NCBI RefSeq assembly: GCF_009914755.1
Contig: NC_060940.1
Length of the DNA: 64,000 bases
Strand: one strand, 5' to 3'
Origin: the human T2T-CHM13v2.0 reference genome, Homo sapiens
Of the stretch, positions 11,501-23,800 are shown piece after piece (the stretch's first letter is position 1; every line of letters begins with the position of its first letter). The position numbers and the translations under genes were made by a program. The notes below the pieces were generated by a model. The model saw nothing but the letters and a program-made list of their open reading frames with translations, made no database searches and was not told where the DNA came from.

Positions 11501-14383
11501 GTGTGTATTCAACTCACAGAGTTGAACGATCCTTTACACAGAGCAGATTTGAAACACTGTTTTTCTGGAATTTGCAAGTGGAGATTTCAGCCGCTTTGAG
11601 GTCAATGGTAGAAAAGGAAATATCTTCGTATAAAAACTAGACAGAATGATTCTCAGAAACTCCTTTGTGATGTGTGCGTTCAACTCACAGAGTTTAACCT
11701 TTCTTTTCACAGAGCAGTTAGGAAACACTCTGTTTGTGAAGCCTGCCAGTGGATATTCGGACCTCTTTGAGGCCTTCGTTGGAAACGGGATTTCTTCATA
11801 TTATGCTAGACAGAAGATTTCTCAGTAACTTCTTTGTGTTGTGTGTATGCAACTCACAGAGTTCAACCTTCCTTTAGACAGAGCAGATTTGAAACACTCT
11901 TTTTGTGGAATTTGCAAGTGGATATTTCAAGCGCTTCGATGCCAATGGTAGAAAAGGAAATATCTTCGTATAAAAACAAGACAAACTCGTTCCCAGACAC
12001 TGCGTAGTGATGTGTGTGTTTAACTCACAGAGTTTAACCTTTCTTTTCATACAGCATTCTGGAAACCCTGTGTTTGTAAAGTCTGCAAGTGGATATTTGG
12101 ACCTCTTAGATGCCTTCGTTGGAAACGGGATTTCTTCATATAATGCTAGAGGGAAGAATTCTTAGTAACTTCTTTGTGTTGTGTGTATTCAACTGACAGA
12201 GTTGAACCTTCCTTTAGACAGAGCAGATTTGAAAGTCTCTTTTTGTGGAATTTGCAAGTGGAGATTTCAAGCGCTTTGAGGCCAAAAGCAGAAAAGGAAA
12301 TATTTTCCTATAAAAACTCGACAGAATCTTTCTCAGAAACTGCTCTGGGATGTGTGCGTTCAACTCACAGAGTTTAACTTTTCTTTTCATTCAGCAGTTT
12401 GGAAACACTCTGTTTGGAAAGTCTGCACGTGGATATTTTGACCTCTTTGAGGCCTTCGTTGGAAACGGGTTTTTTTCATGTAAGGCTAGACAGAAGAAAT
12501 CTCAGTAACTTCCTTGTGTTGTGTGTATTCAACTGACAGAGTTGAACCTTCCTTTAGACAGAGCAGATTCGAAACACTCTTTTTCTGCAATTTGCAAGTG
12601 GAGACTTCAAGCGCTTTGAGGCCAAAGGCAGAAAAGGAAATATCTTCGTATAAAAACCCGACAGAATCATTCTCAGAAACTGCTCTGTGATGTGTGCGTT
12701 CAACTCACAGAGTTTAACTTTTCTTTTCATTCAGCAGTTTGGAAACACTCTGTTTGTAAAGTCTGCAAGTGGATATCTTGGCCTCTTAGAGGCCTTCGTT
12801 GGAAACGGGTTTTTTCATGTAAGGATAGACAGAGGAATTCCCAGTAACTTCCTTGTGTTGTGTGCATTCAACTCACAGAGTTGAATGATTCTTTACACAG
12901 AGCAGATTTGAGACACTCTTTTGGTGGAATTTGTAAGTGGAGAATTCAGCCGCTTTGAGGTCAACGGTAGAAAAGGAAATATCTTCGTATAAAAACTAGA
13001 CAGAATGATTCTCAGAAACTGTTTTGTGATGTGTGCGTTCAACTCACAGAGTTTAACCTTTCTTTTCAAAGAGCAGTTAGGAAACACTCTGTTTGTAAAG
13101 TCTGCAAGTGGATATTCAGACCTCTTTGAGGCCTTCGTTGGAAACGGGATTTCTTCATATTATGCTAGACAGATGAATTCTCAGTAACTTCCTTGTGTTG
13201 TGTGTATTCAACTCACAGAGTTGAACGATCCTTTACACAGAGCAGATTTGAAACACTGTTTTTCTGGAATTTGCAAGTGGAGATTTCAGCCGCTTTGAGG
13301 TCAATGGTAGAAAAGGAAATATCTTCGTATAAAAACTGGACAGAATGATTCTCAGAAACTCCTTTGTGATGTGTGCGTTCAACTCACAGAGTTTAACCTT
13401 TCTTTTCACAGAGCAGTTAGGAAACACTCTGTTTGTGAAGCCTGCCAGTGGATAATCGGACCTCTTTGAGGCCTTCGTTGGAAACGGGATTTCTTCATAT
13501 TATGCTAGACAGAAGATTTCTCAGTAACTTCTTTGTGTTGTGTGTATGCAACTCACAGAGTTCAACCTTCCTTTAGAGAGAGCATATTTGAAACACTCTT
13601 TTTGTGGAATTTGCAAGTGGAGATTTCAAGCGCTTCGATGCCAATGGTAGAAAAGGAAATATCTTCGTATAAAAACAAGACAAACTCGTTCCCAGACACT
13701 GCGTAGTGATGTGTGTGTTTAACTCACAGAGTTTAACCTTTCTTTTCATACAGCATTCTGGAAACCCTGTGTTTGTAAAGTCTGCAAGTGGATATTTGGA
13801 CCTCTTAGATGCCTTCGTTGGAAACGGGATTTCTTCATATAATGCTAGAGGGAAGAATTCTTAGTAACTTCTTTGTGTTGTGTGTATTCAACTGACAGAG
13901 TTGAACCTTCCTTTAGACAGAGCAGATTTGAAAGTCTCTTTTTGTGGAATTTGCAAGTGGAGATTTCAAGCGCTTTGAGGCCAAAAGCAGAAAAGGAAAT
14001 ATTTTCCTATAAAAACTCGACAGAATCATTCTCAGAAACTGCTCTGTGATGTGTGCGTTCAACTCACAGAGTTTAACTTTTCTTTTCATTCAGCAGTTTG
14101 GAAACACTGTTTGGAAAGTCTGCACGTGGATATTTTGACCTCTTTGAGGCCTTCGTTGGAAACGGGTTTTTTTCATGTAAGGCTAGACAGAAGAAATCTC
14201 AGTAACTTCCTTGTGTTGTGTGTATTCAACTGACAGAGTTGAACCTTCCTTTAGACAGAGCAGATTCGAAACACTCTTTTTCTGCAATTTGCAAGTGGAG
14301 ACTTCAAGCGCTTTGAGGCCAAAGGCAGAAAAGGAAATATCTTCGTATAAAAACCCGACAGAATCATTCTCAGAAACTGCTCT
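804..14383. repeat. Tandem duplication of a 4-HOR block, period 6,790 bp (boundaries approximate)
   Basis: Unit lengths 1699, 1695, 1699, 1697 occur twice. Shared rare variants at +6,790: CAGCCGATTTG (1410/8200), TTCCATTCAG (2203/8993), 4-bp deletion (~3247/~10037), CTTCTTTGG (3625/10415), GATAATCGG (6661/13451), 2-bp deletion (~7318/~14108). Confidence 0.88.
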
Positions 14384-17300
14384 GTGATGTGTGCGTTCAA
14401 CTCACAGAGTTTAACTTTTCTTTTCATTCAGCAGTTTGGAAACACTCTGTTTGTAAAGTCTGCAAGTGGATATCTTGGCCTCTTAGAGGCCTTCGTTGGA
14501 AGCGGGTTTTTTCATGTAAGGATAGACAGAGGAATTCCCAGTAACTTCCTTGTGTTGTGTGCATTCAACTCACAGAGTTGAATGATTCTTTACACAGAGC
14601 AGATTTGAGACACTCTTTTGGTGGAATTTGTAAGTGGAGAATTCAGCCGCTTTGAGGTCAACGGTAGAAAAGGAAATATCTTCGTATAAAAACTAGACAG
14701 AATGATTCTCAGAAACTGTTTTGTGATGTGTGCGTTCAACTCACACAGTTTAACCTTTCTTTTCAGAGAGCAGTTAGGAAACACTCTGTTTGTAAAGTCT
14801 GCAAGTGGATATTCAGACCTCTTTGAGGCCTTCGTTGGAAACGGGATTTCTTCATATTATGCTAGACAGATGAATTCTCAGTAACTTCCTTGTGTTGTGT
14901 GTATTCAACTCACAGAGTTGAACAATCCTTTACACAGAGCAGATTTGAAACACTGTTTTTCTGGAATTTGCAAGTGGAGATTTCAGCCGCTTTGAGGTCA
15001 ATGGTAGAAAAGGAAATATCTTCGTATAAAAACTAGACAGAATGATTCTCAGAAACTCCTTTGTGATGTGTGCGTTCAACTCACAGAGTTTAACCTTTCT
15101 TTTCACAGAGCAGTTAGGAAACACTCTGTTTGTGAAGCCTGCCAGTGGATATTCGGACCTCTTTGAGGCCTTCGTTGGAAACGGGATTTCTTCATATTAT
15201 GCTAGACAGAAGATTTCTCAGTAACTTCTTTGTGTTGTGTGTATGCAACTCACAGAGTTCAACCTTCCTTTAGACAGAGCAGATTTGAAACACTCTTTTT
15301 GTGGAATTTGCAAGTGGAGATTTCAAGCGCTTCGATGCCAATGGTAGAAAAGGAAATATCTTCGTATAAAAACAAGACAAACTCGTTCCCAGACACTGCG
15401 TAGTGATGTGTGTGTTTAACTCACAGAGTTTCACCTTTCTTTTCATACAGCATTCTGGAAACCCTGTGTTTGTAAAGTCTGCAAGTGGATATTTGGACCT
15501 CTTAGATGCCTTCGTTGGAAACGGGATTTCTTCATATAATGCTAGAGGGAAGAATTCTTAGTAACTTCTTTGTGTTGTGTGTATTCAACTGACAGAGTTG
15601 AACCTTCCTTTAGACAGAGCAGATTTGAAAGTCTCTTTTTGTGGAATTTGCAAGTGGAGATTTCAAGCGCTTTGAGGCCAAAAGCAGAAAAGGAAATATT
15701 TTCCTATAAAAACTTGACAGAATCTTTCTCAGAAACTGCTCTGGGATGTGTGCGTTCAACTCACAGAGTTTAACTTTTCTTTTCATTCAGCAGTTTGGAA
15801 ACACTCTGTTTGGAAAGTCTGCACGTGGATATTTTGACCTCTTTGAGGCCTTCGTTGGAAACGGGTTTTTTTCATGTAAGGCTAGACAGAAGAAATCTCA
15901 GTAACTTCCTTGTGTTGTGTGTATTCAACTGACAGAGTTGAACCTTCCTTTAGACAGAGCAGATTCGAAACACTCTTTTTCTGCAATTTGCAAGTGGAGA
16001 CTTCAAGCGCTTTGAGGCCAAAGGCAGAAAAGGAAATATCTTCGTATAAAAACCCGACAGAATCATTCTCAGAAACTGCTCTGTGATGTGTGCGTTCAAC
16101 TCACAGAGTTTAACTTTTCTTTTCATTCAGCAGTTTGGAAACACTCTGTTTGTAAAGTCTGCAAGTGGATATCTTGGCCTCTTAGAGGCCTTCGTTGGAA
16201 ACGGGTTTTTTCATGTAAGGTTAGACAGAGGAATTCCCAGTAACTTCCTTGTGTTGTGTGCATTCAACTCACAGAGTTGAATGATTCTTTACACAGAGCA
16301 GATTTGAGACACTCTTTTGGTGGAATTTGTAAGTGGAGAATTCAGCCGCTTTGAGGTCAACGGTAGAAAAGGAAATATCTTCGTATAAAAACTAGACAGA
16401 ATGATTCTCAGAAACTGTTTTGTGATGTGTGCGTTCAACTCACAGAGTTTAACCTTTCTTTTCAAAGAGCAGTTAGGAAACACTCTGTTTGTAAAGTCTG
16501 CAAGTGGATATTCAGACCTCTTTGAGGCCTTCGTTGGAAACGGGATTTCTTCATATTATGCTAGACAGATGAATTCTCAGTAACTTCCTTGTGTTGTGTG
16601 TATTCAACTCACAGAGTTGAACGATCCTTTACACAGAGCAGATTTGAAACACTGTTTTTCTGGAATTTGCAAGTGGAGATTTCAGCCGCTTTGAGGTCAA
16701 CGGTAGAAAAGGAAATATCTTCGTATAAAAACTAGACAGAATGATTCTCAGAAACTCCTTTGTGATGTGTGCGTTCAACTCACAGAGTTTAACCTTTCTT
16801 TTCACAGAGCAGTTAGGAAACACTCTGTTTGTGAAGCCTGCCAGTGGATATTCGGACCTCTTTGAGGCCTTCGTTGGAAACGGGATTTCTTCATATTATG
16901 CTAGACAGAAGATTTCTCAGTAACTTCTTTGTGTTGTGTGTATGCAACTCACAGAGTTCAACCTTCCTTTAGACAGAGCAGATTTGAAACACTCTTTTTG
17001 TGGAATTTGCAAGTGGAGATTTCAAGCGCTTCGATGCCAATGGTAGAAAAGGAAATATCTTCGTATAAAAACAAGACAAACTCGTTCCCAGACACTGCGT
17101 AGTGATGTGTGTGTTTAACTCACAGAGTTTAACCTTTCTTTTCATACAGCATTCTGGAAACCCTGTGTTTGTAAAGTCTGCAAGTGGATATTTGGACCTC
17201 TTAGATGCCTTCGTTGGAAACGGGATTTCTTCATATAATGCTAGAGGGAAGAATTCTTAGTAACTTCTTTGTGTTGTGTGTATTCAACTGACAGAGTTGA

Positions 17301-19480
17301 ACCTTCCTTTAGACAGAGCAGATTTGAAAGTCTCTTTTTGTGGAATTTGCAAGTGGAGATTTCAAGCGCTTTGAGGCCAAAAGCAGAAAAGGAAATATTT
17401 TCCTATAAAAACTCGACAGAATCTTTCTCAGAAACTGCTCTGGGATGTGTGCGTTCAACTCACAGAGTTTAACTTTTCTTTTCATTCAGCAGTTTGGAAA
17501 CACTCTGTTTGGAAAGTCTGCACGTGGATATTTTGACCTCTTTGAGGCCTTCGTTGGAAACGGGTTTTTTTCATGTAAGGCTAGACAGAAGAAATCTCAG
17601 TAACTTCCTTGTGTTGTGTGTATTCAACTGACAGAGTTGAACCTTCCTTTAGACAGAGCAGATTCGAAACACTCTTTTTCTGCAATTTGCAAGTGGAGAC
17701 TTCAAGCGCTTTGAGGCCAAAGGCAGAAAAGGAAATATCTTCGTATAAAAACCCGACAGAATCATTCTCAGAAACTGCTCTGTGATGTGTGCGTTCAACT
17801 CACAGAGTTTAACTTTTCTTTTCATTCAGCAGTTTGGAAACACTCTGTTTGTAAAGTCTGCAAGTGGATATCTTGGCCTCTTAGAGGCCTTCGTTGGAAA
17901 CGGGTTTTTTCATGTAAGGATAGACAGAGGAATTCCCAGTAACTTCCTTGTGTTGTGTGCATTCAACTCACAGAGTTGAATGATTCTTTACACAGAGCAG
18001 ATTTGAGACACTCTTTTGGTGGAATTTGTAAGTGGAGAATTCAGCCGCTTTGAGGTCAACGGTAGAAAAGGAAATATCTTCGTATAAAAACTAGACAGAA
18101 TGATTCTCAGAAACTGTTTTGTGATGTGTGCGTTCAACTCACAGAGTTTAACCTTTCTTTTCAAAGAGCAGTGAGGAAACACTCTGTTTGTAAAGTCTGC
18201 AAGTGGATATTCAGACCTCTTTGAGGCCTTCGTTGGAAACGGGATTTCTTCATATTATGCTAGACAGATGAATTCTCAGTAACTTCCTTGTGTTGTGTGT
18301 ATTCAACTCACAGAGTTGAACGATCCTTTACACAGAGCAGATTTGAAACACTGTTTTTCTGGAATTTGCAAGTGGAGATTTCAGCCGCTTTGAGGTCAAT
18401 GGTAGAAAAGGAAATATCTTCGTATAAAAACTAGACAGAATGATTCTCAGAAACTCCTTTGTGATGTGTGCGTTCAACTCACAGAGTTTAACCTTTCTTT
18501 TCACAGAGCAGTTAGGAAACACTCTGTTTGTGAAGCCTGCCAGTGGATATTCGGACCTCTTTGAGGCCTTCGTTGGAAACGGGATTTCTTCATATTATGC
18601 TAGACAGAAGATTTCTCAGTAACTTCTTTGTGTTGTGTGTATGCAACTCACAGAGTTCAACCTTCCTTTAGACAGAGCAGATTTGAAACACTCTTTTTGT
18701 GGAATTTGCAAGTGGAGATTTCAAGCGCTTCGATGCCAATGGTAGAAAAGGAAATATCTTCGTATAAAAACAAGACAAACTCGTTCCCAGACACTGCGTA
18801 GTGATGTGTGTGTTTAACTCACAGAGTTTAACCTTTCTTTTCATACAGCATTCTGGAAACCCTGTGTTTGTAAAGTCTGCAAGTGGATATTTGGACCTCT
18901 TAGATGCCTTCGTTGGAAACGGGATTTCTTCATATAATGCTAGAGGGAAGAATTCTTAGTAACTTCTTTGTGTTGTGTGTATTCAACTGACAGAGTTGAA
19001 CCTTCCTTTAGACAGAGCAGATTTGAAAGTCTCTTTTTGTGGAATTTGCAAGTGGAGATTTCAAGCGCTTTGAGGCCAAAAGCAGAAAAGGAAATATTTT
19101 CCTATAAAAACTCGACAGAATCTTTCTCAGAAACTGCTCTGGGACGTGTGCGTTCAACTCACAGAGTTTAACTTTTCTTTTCATTCAGCAGTTTGGAAAC
19201 ACTCTGTTTGGAAAGTCTGCACGTGGATATTTTGACCTCTTTGAGGCCTTTGTTGGAAACGGGTTTTTTTCATGTAAGGCTAGACAGAAGAAATCTCAGT
19301 AACTTCCTTGTGTTGTGTGTATTCAACTGACAGAGTTGAACCTTCCTTTAGACAGAGCAGATTCGAAACACTCTTTTTCTGCAATTTGCAAGTGGAGACT
19401 TCAAGCGCTTTGAGGCCAAAGGCAGAAAAGGAAATATCTTCGTATAAAAACCCGACAGAATCATTCTCAGAAACTGCTCT

Positions 19481-20839
19481 GTGATGTGTGCGTTCAACTC
19501 ACAGAGTTTAACTTTTCTATTCATTCAGCAGTTTGGAAACACTCTGTTTGTAAAGTCTGCAAGTGGATATCTTGGCCTCTTAGAGGCCTTCGTTGGAAAC
19601 GGGTTTTTTCATGTAAGGTTAGACAGAGGAATTCCCAGTAACTTCCTTGTGTTGTGTGCATTCAACTCACAGAGTTGAATGATTCTTTACACAGAGCAGA
19701 TTTGAGACACTCTTTTGGTGGAATTTGTAAGTGGAGAATTCAGCCGCTTTGAGGTCAACGGTAGAAAAGGAAATATCTTCGTATAAAAACTAGACAGAAT
19801 GATTCTCAGAAACTCCTTTGTGATGTGTGCGTTCAACTCACAGAGTTTAACCTTTCTTTTCACAGAGCAGTTAGGAAACACTCTGTTTGTGAAGCCTGCC
19901 AGTGTATATTCGGACCTCTTTGAGGCCTTCGTTGGAAACGGGATTTCTTCATATTATGCTAGACAGAAGATTTCTCAGTAACTTCTTTGTGTTGTGTGTA
20001 TGCAACTCACAGAGTTCAACCTTCCTTTAGAGAGAGCATATTTGAAACACTCTTTTTGTGGAATTTGCAAGTGGAGATTTCAAGCGCTTCGATGCCAATG
20101 GTAGAAAAGGAAATATCTTCGTATAAAAACAAGACAAACTCGTTCCCAGACACTGCGTAGTGATGTGTGTGTTTAACTCACAGAGTTTAACCTTTCTTTT
20201 CATACAGCATTCTGGAAACCCTGTGTTTGTAAAGTCTGCAAGTGGATATTTGGACCTCTTAGATGCCTTCGTTGGAAACGGGATTTCTTCATATAATGCT
20301 AGAGGGAAGAATTCTTAGTAACTTCTTTGTGTTGTGTGTATTCAACTGACAGAGTTGAACCTTCCTTTAGACAGAGCAGATTTGAAAGTCTCTTTTTGTG
20401 GAATTTGCAAGTGGAGATTTCAAGCGCTTTGAGGCCAAAAGCAGAAAAGGAAATATTTTCCTATAAAAACTCGACAGAATCTTTCTCAGAAACTGCTCTG
20501 GGATGTGTGCGTTCAACTCACAGAGTTTAACTTTTCTTTTCATTCAGCAGTTTGGAAACACTCTGTTTGGAAAGTCTGCACGTGGATATTTTGACCTCTT
20601 TGAGGCCTTCGTTGGAAACGGGTTTTTTTCATGTAAGGCTAGACAGAAGAAATCTCAGTAACTTCCTTGTGTTGTGTGTATTCAACTGACAGAGTTGAAC
20701 CTTCCTTTAGACAGAGCAGATTCGAAACACTCTTTTTCTGCAATTTGCAAGTGGAGACTTCAAGCGCTTTGAGGCCAAAGGCAGAAAAGGAAATATCTTC
20801 GTATAAAAACCCGACAGAATCATTCTCAGAAACTGCTCT
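19481..20839. repeat. 8-mer structural-variant HOR (1,359 bp, one 340-bp dimer missing), copy 1
   Basis: Anchor spacing 19481 to 20840 is 1,359. Hybrid junction ...GGTCAACGGTAG...CAGAAACTCCTTTG at 19760-19814. Confidence 0.95.
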
Positions 20840-23800
20840 GTGATGTGTGCGTTCAACTCACAGAGTTTAACTTTTCTTTTCATTCAGCAGTTTGGAAACA
20901 CTCTGTTTGTAAAGTCTGCAAGTGGATATCTTGGCCTCTTAGAGGCCTTCGTTGGAAACGGGTTTTTTCATGTAAGGATAGACAGAGGAATTCCCAGTAA
21001 CTTCCTTGTGTTGTGTGCATTCAACTCACAGAGTTGAATGATTCTTTACACAGAGCAGATTTGAGACACTCTTTTGGTGGAATTTGTAAGTGGAGAATTC
21101 AGCCGCTTTGAGGTCAACGGTAGAAAAGGAAATATCTTCGTATAAAAACTAGACAGAATGATTCTCAGAAACTGTTTTGTGATGTGTGCGTTCAACTCAC
21201 AGAGTTTAACCTTTCTTTTCAAAGAGCAGTTAGGAAACACTCTGTTTGTAAAGTCTGCAAGTGGATATTCAGACCTCTTTGAGGCCTTCGTTGGAAACGG
21301 GATTTCTTCATATTATGCTAGACAGATGAATTCTCAGTAACTTCCTTGTGTTGTGTGTATTCAACTCACAGAGTTGAACGATCCTTTACACAGAGCAGAT
21401 TTGAAACACTGTTTTTCTGGAATTTGCAAGTGGAGATTTCAGCTGCTTTGAGGTCAATGGTAGAAAAGGAAATATCTTCGTATAAAAACTAGACAGAATG
21501 ATTCTCAGAAACTCCTTTGTGATGTGTGCGTTCAACTCACAGAGTTTAACCTTTCTTTTCACAGAGCAGTTAGGAAACACTCTGTTTGTGAAGCCTGCCA
21601 GTGGATATTCGGACCTCTTTGAGGCCTTCGTTGGAAACGGGATTTCTTCATATTATGCTAGACAGAAGATTTCTCAGTAACTTCTTTGTGTTGTGTGTAT
21701 GCAACTCACAGAGTTCAACCTTCCTTTAGACAGAGCACATTTGAAACACTCTTTTTGTGGAATTTGCAAGTGGAGATTTCAAGCGCTTCGATGCCAATGG
21801 TAGAAAAGGAAATATCTTCGGATAAAAACAAGACAAACTCGTTCCCAGACACTGCGTAGTGATGTGTGTGTTTAACTCACAGAGTTTAACCTTTCTTTTC
21901 ATACAGCATTCTGGAAACCCTCTGTTTGTAAAGTCTGCAAGTGGATATTTGGACCTCTTAGATGCCTTCGTTGGAAACGGGATTTCTTCATATAATGCTA
22001 GAGGGAAGAATTCTTAGTAACTTCTTTGTGTTGTGTGTATTCAACTGACAGAGTTGAACCTTCCTTTAGACAGAGCAGATTTGAAAGTCTCTTTTTGTGG
22101 AATTTGCAAGTGGAGATTTCAAGCGCTTTGAGGCCAAAAGCAGAAAAGGAAATATTTTCCTATAAAAACTAGACAGAATCTTTCTCAGAAACTGCTCTGG
22201 GATGTGTGCGTTCAACTCACAGAGTTTAACTTTTCTTTTCATTCAGCAGTTTGGAAACACTCTGTTTGGAAAGTCTGCACGTGGATATTTTGACCTCTTT
22301 GAGGCCTTCGTTGGAAACGGGTTTTTTTCATGTAAGGCTAGACAGAAGAAATCTCAGTAACTTCCTTGTGTTGTGTGTATTCAACTGACAGAGTTGAACC
22401 TTCCTTTAGACAGAGCAGATTCGAAACACTCTTTTTCTGCAATTTGCAAGTGGAGACTTCAAGCGCTTTGAGGCCAAAGGCAGAAAAGGAAATATCTTCG
22501 TATAAAAACCCGACAGAATCATTCTCAGAAACTGCTCTGTGATGTGTGCGTTCAACTCACAGAGTTTAACTTTTCTTTTCATTCAGCAGTTTGGAAACAC
22601 TCTGTTTGTAAAGTCTGCAAGTGGATATCTTGGCCTCTTAGAGGCCTTCGTTGGAAACGGGTTTTTTCATGTAAGGTTAGACAGAGGAATTCCCAGTAAC
22701 TTCCTTGTGTTGTGTGCATTCAACTCACAGAGTTGAATGATTCTTTACACAGAGCAGATTTGAGACACTCTTTTGGTGGAATTTGTAAGTGGAGAATTCA
22801 GCCGCTTTGAGGTCAACGGTAGAAAAGGAAATATCTTCGTATAAAAACTAGACAGAATGATTCTCAGAAACTGTTTTGTGATGTGTGCGTTCAACTCACA
22901 GAGTTTAACCTTTCTTTTCAAAGAGCAGTTAGGAAACACTCTGTTTGTAAAGTCTGCAAGTGGATATTCAGACCTCTTTGAGGCCTTCGTTGGAAACGGG
23001 ATTTCTTCATATTATGCTAGACAGATGAATTCTCAGTAACTTCCTTGTGTTGTGTGTATTCAACTCACAGAGTTGAACGATCCTTTACACAGAGCAGATT
23101 TGAAACACTGTTTTTCTGGAATTTGCAAGTGGAGATTTCAGCCGCTTTGAGGTCAATGGTAGAAAAGGAAATATCTTCGTATAAAAACTAGACAGAATGA
23201 TTCTCAGAAACTCCTTTGTGATGTGTGCGTTCAACTCACAGAGTTTAACCTTTCTTTTCACAGAGCAGTTAGGAAACACTCTGTTTGTGAAGCCTGCCAG
23301 TGGATATTCGGACCTCTTTGAGGCCTTCGTTGGAAACGGGATTTCTTCATATTATGCTAGACAGAAGATTTCTCAGTAACTTCTTTGTGTTGTGTGTATG
23401 CAACTCACAGAGTTCAACCTTCCTTTAGACAGAGCAGATTTGAAACACTCTTTTTGTGGAATTTGCAAGTGGAGATTTCAAGCGCTTCGATGCCAATGGT
23501 AGAAAAGGAAATATCTTCGTATAAAAACAAGACAAACTCGTTCCCAGACACTGCGTAGTGATGTGTGTGTTTAACTCACAGAGTTTAACCTTTCTTTTCA
23601 TACAGCATTCTGGAAACCCTGTGTTTGTAAAGTCTGCAAGTGGATATTTGGACCTCTTAGATGCCTTCGTTGGAAACGGGATTTCTTCATATAATGCTAG
23701 AGGGAAGAATTCTTAGTAACTTCTTTGTGTTGTGTGTATTCAACTGACAGAGTTGAACCTTCCTTTAGACAGAGCAGATTTGAAAGTCTCTTTTTGTGGA

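Noticed and set aside
14501-14517. GGAAGCGGG (14501, 53901, 58998, 62396), TTCGATGG (61376) and ATTCG (54920, 60017) as CENP-B-box knock-outs
   Set aside because: These changes are outside the nTTCGnnnnAnnCGGGn core, and AAG is within the AAR consensus.
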